Shown here piece by piece: positions 55,141-64,000 of a stretch of 64,000 bases of DNA. Source of the DNA: Vulcanimicrobiota bacterium (GTDB taxonomy: Bacteria > Vulcanimicrobiota > Xenobia > Xenobiales > JADMJV01); contig JBFWNU010000006.1 in the NCBI GenBank assembly GCA_050250895.1, positions 411,720 through 475,719 of the forward strand. Direction: 5' to 3'. Positions within the stretch are counted from its first letter, which is position 1. Every line of letters begins with the position of its first letter. The notes beneath the pieces are model-generated. The model was not told the DNA's origin. It made no database searches and saw only the letters and a program-made list of their open reading frames with translations. The translations under genes and the position numbers were made by a program.

Positions 55141-57279
55141 TCAGGGCGCAGAGCGGCTCTGCAGGCGCGAGATGCGACTGCGGTACGCTTCCAGGATCGG
55201 AACCACTCGGCCTTGTGAGACCAGTTCGACAAATACCTCGACCGCTCGAGGGTCGAACTGGGTGCCAGAATTTCTCTGCAATTCTTCGATGGCTGCGTCG
55301 ATGGGCATTCCCTTGCGGTAGGGACGGTCGCTGGTCATGGCGTCAAAGCAATCGGCCACACACATGATGCGGGCTCCCAGAGGAATGTCTTCTCCGATTA
55401 GACCGGCGGGGTAGCCGCCGCCAGCGTAACGCTCGTGGTGATGCAACATCGACGGCAAGATGCGTTCGAAGGCCTTGACCGGACGCATGATCTCCACCCC
55501 GTACTGGGGGTGCCTCTTCATCTCGGCGAACTCTTCGTCGGTGAGTCGGCCGGGCTTGTGCAGGATGTGGTCCCGAATGCGAATCTTGCCGATGTCGTGA
55601 AGTAGAGCGGCGTAGCGAATGTCGTCGATGGCCTCGGCGCTGAGTCCCATGGTTTCAGAGATCATCACCGAGTAGGCGGTGACTCGTTCGGAGTGGCCCT
55701 TGGTGTAGGGATCACGGGCGTCGATGGAATTGGCCAGGGCGCTGATGGCGCTCAAGAAGAGGTTGTGCAACTCGTCATGCAGGCCGGCATTCTCGATGGC
55801 TACCGCCGCCACGCTGGCCAACTGGCTAGCCAATCCCAGATCCTGCTGGGTAAAATCGCTGCCGTCTTGCTTGGTGCGGATATTGAGCACTCCCACCACT
55901 TTGTTGTTAGTCAGCAGGGGCACACATAAGCTCGAGTCGTTGTCTTCAGAATTGGCACGCGAGATGAGAATCGGCTTGCCCCGCTCGGCCACCTTTCCCG
56001 ATACGCGATGGCCCAGCCGCACCCTCGTCTTCGAGACGATGTCCTCGGATAGGCCGCGGGCCAGACGAATGCTCAACTCTCCGCTGGCTTCGTCGAGCAG
56101 CATCACCGAGGCAGCCTGAGCCCCAAGCAATGCCAGGGTTTGGTCGAGGACGGCCGGTAAGATCTGCTCGAGGGAGAGACTCGAGTTCAAGACGGTGCCA
56201 AGCCGGTAGAGAGCTTCGAGTTCGCTCACCTGGCGCTTGACCTGTTCGTAGAGTTGGGCATTGTCGATGGCCGAAGCGGCGTGGCTGGCCAGCACCGTTA
56301 AAATCTTGAGGTCTTCGTCAGAGAAGTCGCCGCCATCGCGGCGGCCGCTCAGGTTAAGCACCCCCAGGCAGCGGTCTTTGACCTTGAGTGGCACGCACAT
56401 CGCCGACTCCATCTGCGAGACCGGCTTCGAGGAAGTAGAGTCTTTGTCTTTGATCCCTTTGCGCAGCAGACGGGCCTGTCCCTCTTGAGCGACCCAGCCA
56501 GAGATCCCCTCACCCAGGGTGACTCGGGTGGTGGTGACGATCTGTTCATCGAGGCCCTGAGCTACCAGCATCTTGAGCTCTGAGCGCACCTCGTCGAGCA
56601 GCATCAGCGAGCCGTTCTCGGCTTGGAGCAAAGAGATGGCCTGGTCCAGTACTTTCTTGAGCACTTCTTCCAGACGGATGGTGGAACTGATGGCCGTGCC
56701 CACTTCGTAGAGGGCGGCCAGGGTCGACATGTTGCGCGCCTGCTGATTCTGGTCTTGAATGGTCTGGGCGGCTAGTTCGGCCAGGCTGACCATCATATCT
56801 TTCACCCGAGCCATGTCGAGGGGAATGGGGGCAGGGTGGCAGGCCAGTGCCTCTTTGATTTGTTCGGGGGTGACGTCGAGACGCTCGGCCAGGGCCTCGA
56901 TGTCCTCGAGTTTGGGGGGAGTCTCCCACACGGGTCCCCCGATGACATAAGCCACCCGTTTGCCCTCGAGCACCACGGCGTGGACGAGATACGAGAGCCG
57001 ACCGACCCCCGGCACCAGTCGAAAGCCCTCGTCGTCAGAAGCGACCTCCGCGACCAGACGGTGCGGATGGGCCACGAGGCGAGGATGGAGCAGATCCTCG
57101 GGATGAGAAAAATGAGCAGAGGCTGACCCATCGCGCGTAATCACCGCGAGGCTCAAACCGGTGGCCAGGGTTAGGACCTTCTCAACTTTTTCCAGGGGCC
57201 GCAGACTGAAGGCTACGGCAGGTCCCGGGAGTGCGTCGACCCTATCGGCAACGGTCTTCACGCTCGGTGTTTCCTCCAT
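55141..57279 (-). CDS. PocR-like sensor + 2 GAF + HD-GYP cyclic dinucleotide phosphodiesterase
   Basis: RDPYTKGHSERV, LLHDIGK, HHERYAGGGYP, ADCFDAMTSDRPYR. Confidence 0.93.
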   Translation of the reverse strand: MEETPSVKTVADRVDALPGPAVAFSLRPLEKVEKVLTLATGLSLAVITRDGSASAHFSHPEDLLHPRLVAHPHRLVAEVASDDEGFRLVPGVGRLSYLVHAVVLEGKRVAYVIGGPVWETPPKLEDIEALAERLDVTPEQIKEALACHPAPIPLDMARVKDMMVSLAELAAQTIQDQNQQARNMSTLAALYEVGTAISSTIRLEEVLKKVLDQAISLLQAENGSLMLLDEVRSELKMLVAQGLDEQIVTTTRVTLGEGISGWVAQEGQARLLRKGIKDKDSTSSKPVSQMESAMCVPLKVKDRCLGVLNLSGRRDGGDFSDEDLKILTVLASHAASAIDNAQLYEQVKRQVSELEALYRLGTVLNSSLSLEQILPAVLDQTLALLGAQAASVMLLDEASGELSIRLARGLSEDIVSKTRVRLGHRVSGKVAERGKPILISRANSEDNDSSLCVPLLTNNKVVGVLNIRTKQDGSDFTQQDLGLASQLASVAAVAIENAGLHDELHNLFLSAISALANSIDARDPYTKGHSERVTAYSVMISETMGLSAEAIDDIRYAALLHDIGKIRIRDHILHKPGRLTDEEFAEMKRHPQYGVEIMRPVKAFERILPSMLHHHERYAGGGYPAGLIGEDIPLGARIMCVADCFDAMTSDRPYRKGMPIDAAIEELQRNSGTQFDPRAVEVFVELVSQGRVVPILEAYRSRISRLQSRSAP

Positions 57280-57362
57280 ACCCCTCCCGATCTCTGCTTA
57301 ATTCGGCGGTTCGTTCGACAAACCCTGGATGAAACCGGTAGGAAGCTGTCGAAAGGGCCCAG

Positions 57363-58232
57363 ATGAGCCGAAATTTCTTGCGTGGGGCGGGGGTCGCCAT
57401 TCTGCTGGCTCTAATATTGTCTCCTATAGGTAGAGCCGACCTGGATGACACCGTGCATGTGGTCCAGACCACCAGTCAGGTTCTCATCAAGCCGTCTGGT
57501 GCGCACGAGTTCTTCCCCAAGGCTCAGGCAGCCCTCGAGCGCGGCGATCAGGTCAAGACCAACAAAACGGGCATCGCCCAGGCTCAGATCGGTGGCGGCG
57601 CGAGTGGTGCAATGGTAGCTTACATCGGGCCCGCGACCGAGGTCGAAGTGGGGGAGTTGCTCGAGAGGGCCGACCGCCAGCTTCAACTGCGTCAGGGCCG
57701 GGTTCGAGCCTACCGCAAGTATCGCGATCAACCCGGCTTTCGCATCACGACGCCCAATGCTTCGCTGACGGCCCGCGGAACCGAGTGGCTGGCTCAGCAC
57801 TCTCCCAGGCCCGAAGGCGTCGCCTCGGCGGATCCCGTGCTGGGGGAACTGAGCACCCACGATCTCGGCTGTCAGCCGGGCGAGACCCGGGTGGCCATTT
57901 TGCACGGTTCGGTGGCTGACGCCCAAGGTAACTCGGTCGCGGCCGGCCACACCCTGGTGGTGGGCGAAGATGGGACGTCTCAGCGAGACCCCGACGCTTT
58001 TCACTTTGCCAGGCGGCCTCGCCGCGGCCGGGCCACCTTGTCGATCAACGGCAAAGAGGTCGAAGTCGAGTACCACACCGGGCTCCAGGACGCCTCCTCG
58101 AGGCGAGCCATCGAGAAGGGAAGCTACTCGAGTGGCGAGCGCACCCAGACCAACGAACTGCTCAATCCTCAGGGCCGGCCGCAAACTCATCCTAGCCCGC
58201 CGAGCCCGTACACCCCGCCTCCCAGTCCGTGA
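57363..58232 (+). CDS. Exported FecR-domain protein
   Basis: Signal peptide; LERGDQVKT, LRQGRV, ITTPNASLTARGT, TRVAILHGSV. Confidence 0.85.
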   Translation: MSRNFLRGAGVAILLALILSPIGRADLDDTVHVVQTTSQVLIKPSGAHEFFPKAQAALERGDQVKTNKTGIAQAQIGGGASGAMVAYIGPATEVEVGELLERADRQLQLRQGRVRAYRKYRDQPGFRITTPNASLTARGTEWLAQHSPRPEGVASADPVLGELSTHDLGCQPGETRVAILHGSVADAQGNSVAAGHTLVVGEDGTSQRDPDAFHFARRPRRGRATLSINGKEVEVEYHTGLQDASSRRAIEKGSYSSGERTQTNELLNPQGRPQTHPSPPSPYTPPPSP

Positions 58233-60316
58233 CGCGTCGCCTCTACGGCTTCTATCTGGCGATCGGGGTGTTGGCGTTGCTCGTTTTCGGGCTGCTGCAG
58301 ACTCGCTTCCCGAGTTTTTTAGGCAGTCCTATCGATGAGCGACTCTATCGTTTTTGGGGCAACCAGGTTCGAGCCGAGTTGACCACGGGTGAGCTTGGTC
58401 CCGAAGCCGAGCGCCTACTGGTGGTCGTGATCGACGATCAGAGTCTCGAGACCCTGGGGTTGACCTGGCCGATCCCGCGCGGCCTCTATCCGGCGGCGGT
58501 AGCCAAACTCAAAGAGGCCGGCGCCAAGACCATCGGGCTTGACCTGGTGTTTCCCAATCCCGGCCCAGACCCCGAGCAAGATGCCCAGCTGGCGGCCACG
58601 CTGGCCGAGCCGGACGTGTTCTGCCCCTTTGGGCTGGTGGTCGACGGCGACCGCCTGCGCCCGCTGGAATCAGCCCTCCACGAACCGATGATTCGAAGCG
58701 GATTTGCCCTGTCTCAAATGGAGTTCGCCGGCCCCGGGGCCAGCGGCGAGCGGATTCCTGACATTCGCTTTGCGGTGCTGGGGATCCAACGCGAGGTGAC
58801 CGACATGCTGGGTTTCGTGGTCGAGCAACAAGGCCAGGCGGTGCGAGAGGAGTATTACGCCTTCAGCGTGGCTTTGATGGCGCATTTCCAGGGGCTTACC
58901 CCGGCCCAACTGCTGGGCCGCGTGCCCCACCAGGCTGAGCTTCACCCCTTCGAGTCTTTCCTGTGCCAGATCGACTTTGCTCGCATTCGCTACCTGCCCC
59001 CCGGCCTGACCCACCAGCGACGCCGGGCCCCCGAGGTGGCGCTAGCCGAGGGCGAAATTCGCTTTGTCGAGCCCCGCGACGATTTCGCCCTGCGCCAGCG
59101 CAAGACCACCGCGGCCGACTTGCTGCAGGTGGTCAGCTTGTTGGAGCTGTTGACCACGCCCAGCCAGGAGTTGGCCGAGCGCTTCGAAGGCAAGCCGTTC
59201 CTGGCCATTCTGGGCATCGCCGCCGAAGCGCAGGATCTCAAGACCACTCCTGTGGGCGATCTCTATGGAGTCGAAGTCCAGGCCAACATCCTGCTCAACC
59301 TGGCGCTCAAGAACTTCATCCTCGAGTTGCCCCGGGGTCGAGCACTGGGCCTGGTCCTGGCCACCGTCCTGCTCGGACTATGCCTGGCAGTCGTGCGCGA
59401 ACCTCGCCTGGCCGGCCTCGGCATCCTGCTGCTGGTCCTGCTCTATTACGAGTGGGCGCGTCGCGCTTATCTGGGAGGAGGCTACCTGTCCTCGGACGGC
59501 CTGGCCGTACCGGTCGGTCTGCCCGTGCTGGCCATGGTCTCGACCTTTTGTCTGGCGCTGGTGGTGCGAGCCCAACAACAAAGAGCCAATATCGAACGGG
59601 TGTTGACCATGTTGCGTGAAGTCTGTCCTGTCCAGGACCTCGACCTGCTCGAGCAGCGCGAGGGCATCCAACTCGGGGGTGAAGAGCGCGAGTTGACCAT
59701 CCTTTTCTCGGACCTGCGCGGCTACACCAGTTTCGCCGAAAAGCTCGACTCTCTCACCGTGCTGCGCACTCTCAACGAATACTTTGGCACCGTCGGGGCC
59801 ATTTTGGAAAGCCACGGAGGCTGCGTCTTCGACTACCAAGGTGATGCTCAGATGGTCGTCTTCGGGCTGATGGAGGGGTCACGAGGCGACCACGCCACGG
59901 CCGCCTGCCAGGCCGCCGCCGAGATGGTGCTCGAACTCAACCGCAAGCGGGCCGAGTGGGCTGCAGAAGGGAGGGCCATGCCGGAAACCGGCGTGGGTAT
60001 CGTGACCGGCAAGGTGTCGTTCGGCTTTTTGGGAACAGCCCAGCGAAAGCAACGGGTGGCCATTGGGGACCCCACCAACACCGCCGCCCGAATTCAGGGA
60101 AAGTCGGCCGAGATGGGTCATGCCATCCTCCTCTCCCAATCCACTCTCGAGGCGGCCGGGCGCCCCCTGCCGGTGGTCAAGCTTCCGGCCGTCGAACTCA
60201 AAGGAAAGGAGCATCCCTTGCAGATCTACGCCATCGACCTCGAGGCCGTAACGAAAGGTGGTTTCATCGAGGCGACCGAAGGCAGGAACGACCCGGAATC
60301 CGACAAAGCCAGTTAG
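58229..60316 (+). CDS. CHASE2-domain class III nucleotidyl cyclase
   Basis: VVIDDQSL..WPIPR, IGLDLVF, TPVG..YGVEVQAN, TMs; FSDLRGYT, QGDA, IGDPTNTAARIQ, LKGK. Confidence 0.92.
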   Translation: MTRRLYGFYLAIGVLALLVFGLLQTRFPSFLGSPIDERLYRFWGNQVRAELTTGELGPEAERLLVVVIDDQSLETLGLTWPIPRGLYPAAVAKLKEAGAKTIGLDLVFPNPGPDPEQDAQLAATLAEPDVFCPFGLVVDGDRLRPLESALHEPMIRSGFALSQMEFAGPGASGERIPDIRFAVLGIQREVTDMLGFVVEQQGQAVREEYYAFSVALMAHFQGLTPAQLLGRVPHQAELHPFESFLCQIDFARIRYLPPGLTHQRRRAPEVALAEGEIRFVEPRDDFALRQRKTTAADLLQVVSLLELLTTPSQELAERFEGKPFLAILGIAAEAQDLKTTPVGDLYGVEVQANILLNLALKNFILELPRGRALGLVLATVLLGLCLAVVREPRLAGLGILLLVLLYYEWARRAYLGGGYLSSDGLAVPVGLPVLAMVSTFCLALVVRAQQQRANIERVLTMLREVCPVQDLDLLEQREGIQLGGEERELTILFSDLRGYTSFAEKLDSLTVLRTLNEYFGTVGAILESHGGCVFDYQGDAQMVVFGLMEGSRGDHATAACQAAAEMVLELNRKRAEWAAEGRAMPETGVGIVTGKVSFGFLGTAQRKQRVAIGDPTNTAARIQGKSAEMGHAILLSQSTLEAAGRPLPVVKLPAVELKGKEHPLQIYAIDLEAVTKGGFIEATEGRNDPESDKAS

Positions 60317-60320
60317 GTAA

Positions 60321-61040
60321 TTGAGGGTGGAGGTGAATTTGCGAGATATCCCCGAACTGCTGCGCGAGGTCCCATTGTTTTCGGGCCTCTCCTCGGAGGA
60401 CATCGAGGCCCTGGCGGCCATCGTGGCCCGCAAGTCCCACGGCAAAGGCGAAACTCTCTTTCATCAGGGCGACCCCGGCGAGGAGTTTTTGATCCTCACC
60501 GAGGGCAGCGTCAAGATCGAGTTGATGAATCTCGACGGCAAAGAACTCACGCTGACCATCCTCACGCCCTACCAGTTTCTCGGCGAATTGGCCTTGCTCG
60601 ACGACGTACCCCGCTCGGCCACCGTGGTGGCCATGGAAAAGTCAGAGTTCTTGGCCATCAACAAGCGCGACTTCGCTCGAGTCATGGAGCGCTACCCGCG
60701 CATGGGCATTCCTATGCTGCGCCAGTTGACCAAGCGCGTCAGGGTGCTGACCGACGATATTGCCAGCATGGCCTTCATGGATTCCTACAGCCGGGTGACT
60801 CGCAAGATCCTGGCGCTGGCCGACGAGATGGGGGATGAACAAGAGGATGGCTCGGTCTTCATCGACCAATCTCTCACCCATCAGCAACTGGCCAACCTGG
60901 TGGGCACCACCCGCGAGACGGTGACCAAGATTCTCAACGAGATGAAAGATAACAACCTCATCTCGATTCGTCGCCATCGCATCACCATCCGCGACCGGGA
61001 AGAACTCAAGAGTCGTGCCAACCTGTCGGGCTTTATCTAG
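60321..61040 (+). CDS. Crp/Fnr-family transcriptional regulator with a cNMP-binding cassette
   Basis: FLGELALLDDVPRSAT; LTHQQLANLVGTTRETVTK. Confidence 0.95.
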   Translation: MRVEVNLRDIPELLREVPLFSGLSSEDIEALAAIVARKSHGKGETLFHQGDPGEEFLILTEGSVKIELMNLDGKELTLTILTPYQFLGELALLDDVPRSATVVAMEKSEFLAINKRDFARVMERYPRMGIPMLRQLTKRVRVLTDDIASMAFMDSYSRVTRKILALADEMGDEQEDGSVFIDQSLTHQQLANLVGTTRETVTKILNEMKDNNLISIRRHRITIRDREELKSRANLSGFI

Positions 61041-62233
61041 ACCCACTTCTGCTTGAGTTCATAGAAGGTGCCATCCTCGAGGCTGGCCCGGATCTTGCGC
61101 ATGACTTCGAGCAAGAAATGGATATTGTGGAGCGAGCAGAGCTGGCTGGCCAGAATCTCTTCGGCTTTGATGAGGTGGCGCAGGTAGGCGCAGCTGAAGT
61201 TGCGACAGGTGTAGCAACTGCAGGCCGGGTCGATAGGCGCGTCGAGTGTGCGAAAGCGAGCATTGCGCAGATTGAGCGTGCCGCGGCTGGTGATGCCAGC
61301 CGTGCCAGGGGTCACCATCACGTTGCCGGTGCGGGCGAAACGGGTGGGGATGACGCAGTCGAAGGTGTCGATCCCTCGCTCTACTCCCTCGAAAAGGTCC
61401 TCGACCTCGCCGATTCCCAGCAGGTGCCGCGGGCGGTCCTCAGGCAAGCCGGGCACGGTCCACTCGAGCACCTGGTGCATGTCTTGCTTGGTCTTTCCCA
61501 GCGAACCACCCACCGCAAAGCCGTCGAAGTCGAGGCTGGTGATGAACGCCGTGGACTTTTCGCGCAGGTCTTCCCAGGCGCCGCCCTGGACGATCCCATA
61601 CAAACCCTGGCCTGGCTTGCGAGGAGCTTCCAGCGAGCGTCGAGCCCAGCGGTGGGTTCGCTCGAGCGAGCGCTCGGTGTAGGCGCGGTCGGCCAGGGGA
61701 GAAGTGCACTCGTCAAAGGCGAGGATCATGTCCGCTCCCAGTTTGGCTTGAATGGCAATCGAACTCTCGGGTGTGAAGCGATGAACCGAGCCGTCGATGT
61801 AAGAGCGAAAGGTGACGCCATCATCATCGATCTTGGCCAGGGGCGGTCCGTCGGAGTCGGCTCGCGGCTTGCGCTCTCCGGGGAAGACCCCTCCGATCTT
61901 GCCCACCCCGTGCTCCCGCGCCGCTCCTAAGGAAAAAGCCTGAAAGCCGCCCGAGTCGGTCATGATGGGCCGGTTCCAACCCATGAACCGGTGCAGCCCA
62001 CCCAGCTCTTCGACCAATTCGCAGCCCGGGCGCAGATAGAGATGATAGGTGTTGGCCAGCAACCCCTGCACCTCGAGCTCGACCAGATCCCGAGGGCTGA
62101 GAGCCTTGACGGTAGCCTGGGTCCCCACCGGTAAAAATTCGGGCGTCTCGATGGAGCCGTGGGGTGTATCGATGCGTCCGCGCCGGGCCAGACGGCCGCA
62201 GCGGGCCAGGCTAGTGAAGTTCAGGGGCCGCAT
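61037..62233 (-). CDS. tgt: tRNA-guanine(34) transglycosylase
   Basis: LANTYHL, TDSGGFQ, GIVQGG, RHLLG, FDCVIPTR, CSCYTC, HN. Confidence 0.97.
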   Translation of the reverse strand: MRPLNFTSLARCGRLARRGRIDTPHGSIETPEFLPVGTQATVKALSPRDLVELEVQGLLANTYHLYLRPGCELVEELGGLHRFMGWNRPIMTDSGGFQAFSLGAAREHGVGKIGGVFPGERKPRADSDGPPLAKIDDDGVTFRSYIDGSVHRFTPESSIAIQAKLGADMILAFDECTSPLADRAYTERSLERTHRWARRSLEAPRKPGQGLYGIVQGGAWEDLREKSTAFITSLDFDGFAVGGSLGKTKQDMHQVLEWTVPGLPEDRPRHLLGIGEVEDLFEGVERGIDTFDCVIPTRFARTGNVMVTPGTAGITSRGTLNLRNARFRTLDAPIDPACSCYTCRNFSCAYLRHLIKAEEILASQLCSLHNIHFLLEVMRKIRASLEDGTFYELKQKWV

Positions 62234-62290
62234 GCTGGTGCGTTCCCCCGTTGTCGGAGGGATCCTGCGCGCCTATAGGAAGCATACAGG

Positions 62291-63553
62291 ATGCGGCGTT
62301 TGGCGATCTTGATGGCGATAGTCCTGGCCACTGCCTATACCAGCGCCGCTCCCGACAGCCGCAAACCGCTGGTTTTTCGCTACTACAACGATCCCACCAT
62401 GCGCATCAACCAGGTCCTATGCGAGCAGTGGGAAAGGCAGAATCCCGGCTATCGGGTGGTCCACGAAACCTTGCCGGCCATGGTCAACACCCAGCGCGAA
62501 AAGTACGTGACCGCCCTGGCATCGGGCGACGATTCGTTTGATTGCTTTGCCCTCGATATCATCTGGGCGGCCGAATTCGCCAACGCGGGCTGGATCTTGC
62601 CCATCGATTCCTATACCAGTCCCGAGCGCCTGGGCCAGTTCATTCCCAGCACCCTCGAGCCGCTCCACTGGAAAGGAAAGCTCTACGGCTTGCCCTGGTC
62701 GTGTAATGTGGGCACTTTTTTCTACCGCAGCGACCTGCTCGAAGCGGCCGGTCGCAAACCGCCCACCAACTGGGGCGAACTGGTGGCCACCGGTCAGGCC
62801 ATCCAGAACTCGGGCCAGGTCGAGACGGCCTTTGTCTTTCAGGCCGCCCGCTACGAAGGCCTGGTGTGCGATTTTCTGGAGTACCTGTGGGGTAACGGGG
62901 GCGATGTCTTTGACGCCAACGGCCAAATCGCTCTGCAGTCTCCTCAGGCCCTCGAGGCTTTGACCTTCATGAGCGACCTGATCCACCGCTACCAACTGGC
63001 ACCCGCCCCGGTCGTCTCCTATCAAGAGCCCGATTCTTACGTAGCCTTCTCCCAGGGCGACGCGCTTTTCCACCGCTCCTGGCCTTACGTCATTCAACTC
63101 AATTTCGGCGACTCCAAGCTTAAAGGCAAGATCGGCATGTCGCGGGTGCCCGGCCATCGCGGTCTCGGCCACGGCACGCTGGGTAACTGGAACCTGGTCA
63201 TCAACGCCCGCAGCCGGAACGCCGAGGCAGCCTATCGCCTCATCGACTTTCTGACTCAAGCCGAGGCGCAAAAGGTCTACACCCTCGAGAGCGGGCTCAA
63301 TCCCAGCCTGCGGGCCCTCTATTCCGATCCCGAGGTGGTTTCCAAACGGCCCCAACTTCCCAAGTTTCTCACCCTGATTGAAACCGGCAAGACGCGACCG
63401 ATCACCCCGCTCTATCCCAAAGTGTCCAAGATTCTGCAGGTCGAGATCCATCGCGCACTAACGCTCGAGACCACCCCTGAGAAAGCTCTCTCGGAAGCCA
63501 CCTGGAAGCTCGAGTCGCTGCGCAAGCGCTATCCCGGAGTGCCGCTGCAATGA
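62291..63553 (+). CDS. Carbohydrate ABC transporter substrate-binding protein
   Basis: LDIIWAAEFA, GKLYGLP, FYRSDLL, YEGLVC, RPITPLY. Confidence 0.9.
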   Translation: MRRLAILMAIVLATAYTSAAPDSRKPLVFRYYNDPTMRINQVLCEQWERQNPGYRVVHETLPAMVNTQREKYVTALASGDDSFDCFALDIIWAAEFANAGWILPIDSYTSPERLGQFIPSTLEPLHWKGKLYGLPWSCNVGTFFYRSDLLEAAGRKPPTNWGELVATGQAIQNSGQVETAFVFQAARYEGLVCDFLEYLWGNGGDVFDANGQIALQSPQALEALTFMSDLIHRYQLAPAPVVSYQEPDSYVAFSQGDALFHRSWPYVIQLNFGDSKLKGKIGMSRVPGHRGLGHGTLGNWNLVINARSRNAEAAYRLIDFLTQAEAQKVYTLESGLNPSLRALYSDPEVVSKRPQLPKFLTLIETGKTRPITPLYPKVSKILQVEIHRALTLETTPEKALSEATWKLESLRKRYPGVPLQ

Positions 63554-64000
63554 TCCGTCAAGAGCGCCTGTCAGGATGGCTGTTCGTGGCCCCCACCCTG
63601 GTGCTGGTGTTGGTGCTGGCCATCGGCCCCATCGTTTACTCTCTGGGTTTGTCGTTTTTCATCCACGATCTCAGCCTGCCCCAACTGGGTAGCCCTTTCG
63701 TGGGCCTGGACAACTACCGCTACCTCTTGCGCGACTCTCGTTTCTGGTATGCGCTCTACAACACCATCTGGTTCACGATTACCTCGGTTGGCCTCGAGAC
63801 CGTTCTCGGCCTGTTGATCGCCTTGATGATCAATCAGGCCTTTTTCGGCCGCGGCCTGGTGCGAGCCACCATCCTCATTCCCTGGGCTGTTCCCACGGTA
63901 GTCGGAGCCCAGATGTGGCGCTGGATTTACAACGACAAGATTGGGGTCCTCAACGATATCTTGCGGCGGCTGGGTATCCTGTCCGAGCCGTTTCCCTGGA
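63550..64000 (+). CDS. Carbohydrate ABC transporter permease (partial; runs off the window)
   Basis: ATGA overlap; WLFVAP, FVGLDNY, NTIWF, GRGLVRA..LIPWAVP..MWRWIY. Confidence 0.9.
   Translation, partial: MIRQERLSGWLFVAPTLVLVLVLAIGPIVYSLGLSFFIHDLSLPQLGSPFVGLDNYRYLLRDSRFWYALYNTIWFTITSVGLETVLGLLIALMINQAFFGRGLVRATILIPWAVPTVVGAQMWRWIYNDKIGVLNDILRRLGILSEPFPW

Noticed and set aside
58229-61040. Pycsar anti-phage system
   Set aside because: The cyclase is a membrane CHASE2 sensor and the partner is an HTH regulator, not a TIR or TM effector; no defence-island context
1-64000. tRNA, rRNA, integrase, transposase or prophage genes
   Set aside because: No such motifs seen by eye; tRNAscan-SE and Rfam scans would be needed to exclude small RNAs

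Overview
This is a GC-rich bacterial chromosomal window that is almost fully coding. I found no rRNA, tRNA, CRISPR array, integrase or transposase. The gene styles (glycine-zipper orphans, diverged minor-pilin operons, PilZ and TerB singletons) suggest a poorly characterised lineage such as Ca. Eremiobacterota/Vulcanimicrobiota, but this is inference only. Recognisable content: a K+/H+ antiporter with a TrkA-USP partner, an LplT-PlsC fusion, feoABC, F420 genes cofD/cofC/cofE, an AlkA-like glycosylase, a sugar-phosphate nucleotidyltransferase/mutase fusion, TatD, a PilC-like protein, two paralogous PilV/W/X-like operons, uppP, an AMIN amidase, an HD-GYP phosphodiesterase, tgt and a sugar ABC transporter. 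Most interesting: (1) a translationally coupled GNAT + LuxE + LuxC::adenylate-ligase operon with no luciferase in the window, followed by a small Q/M-rich protein; (2) a FecR/CHASE2 class III cyclase/Crp module in which both cyclase and receptor lack the adenine-selecting residues; (3) a stand-alone Gly/Lys/Cys micro-protein beside a tandem GNAT; (4) a shared TTAACA-type repeat with about 11-bp spacing upstream of several orphan genes; (5) a degenerate PGI-fold protein downstream of the HD-GYP gene; (6) a hairpin-rich 600-bp non-coding gap. All calls come from visual motif recognition; no database searches were run.
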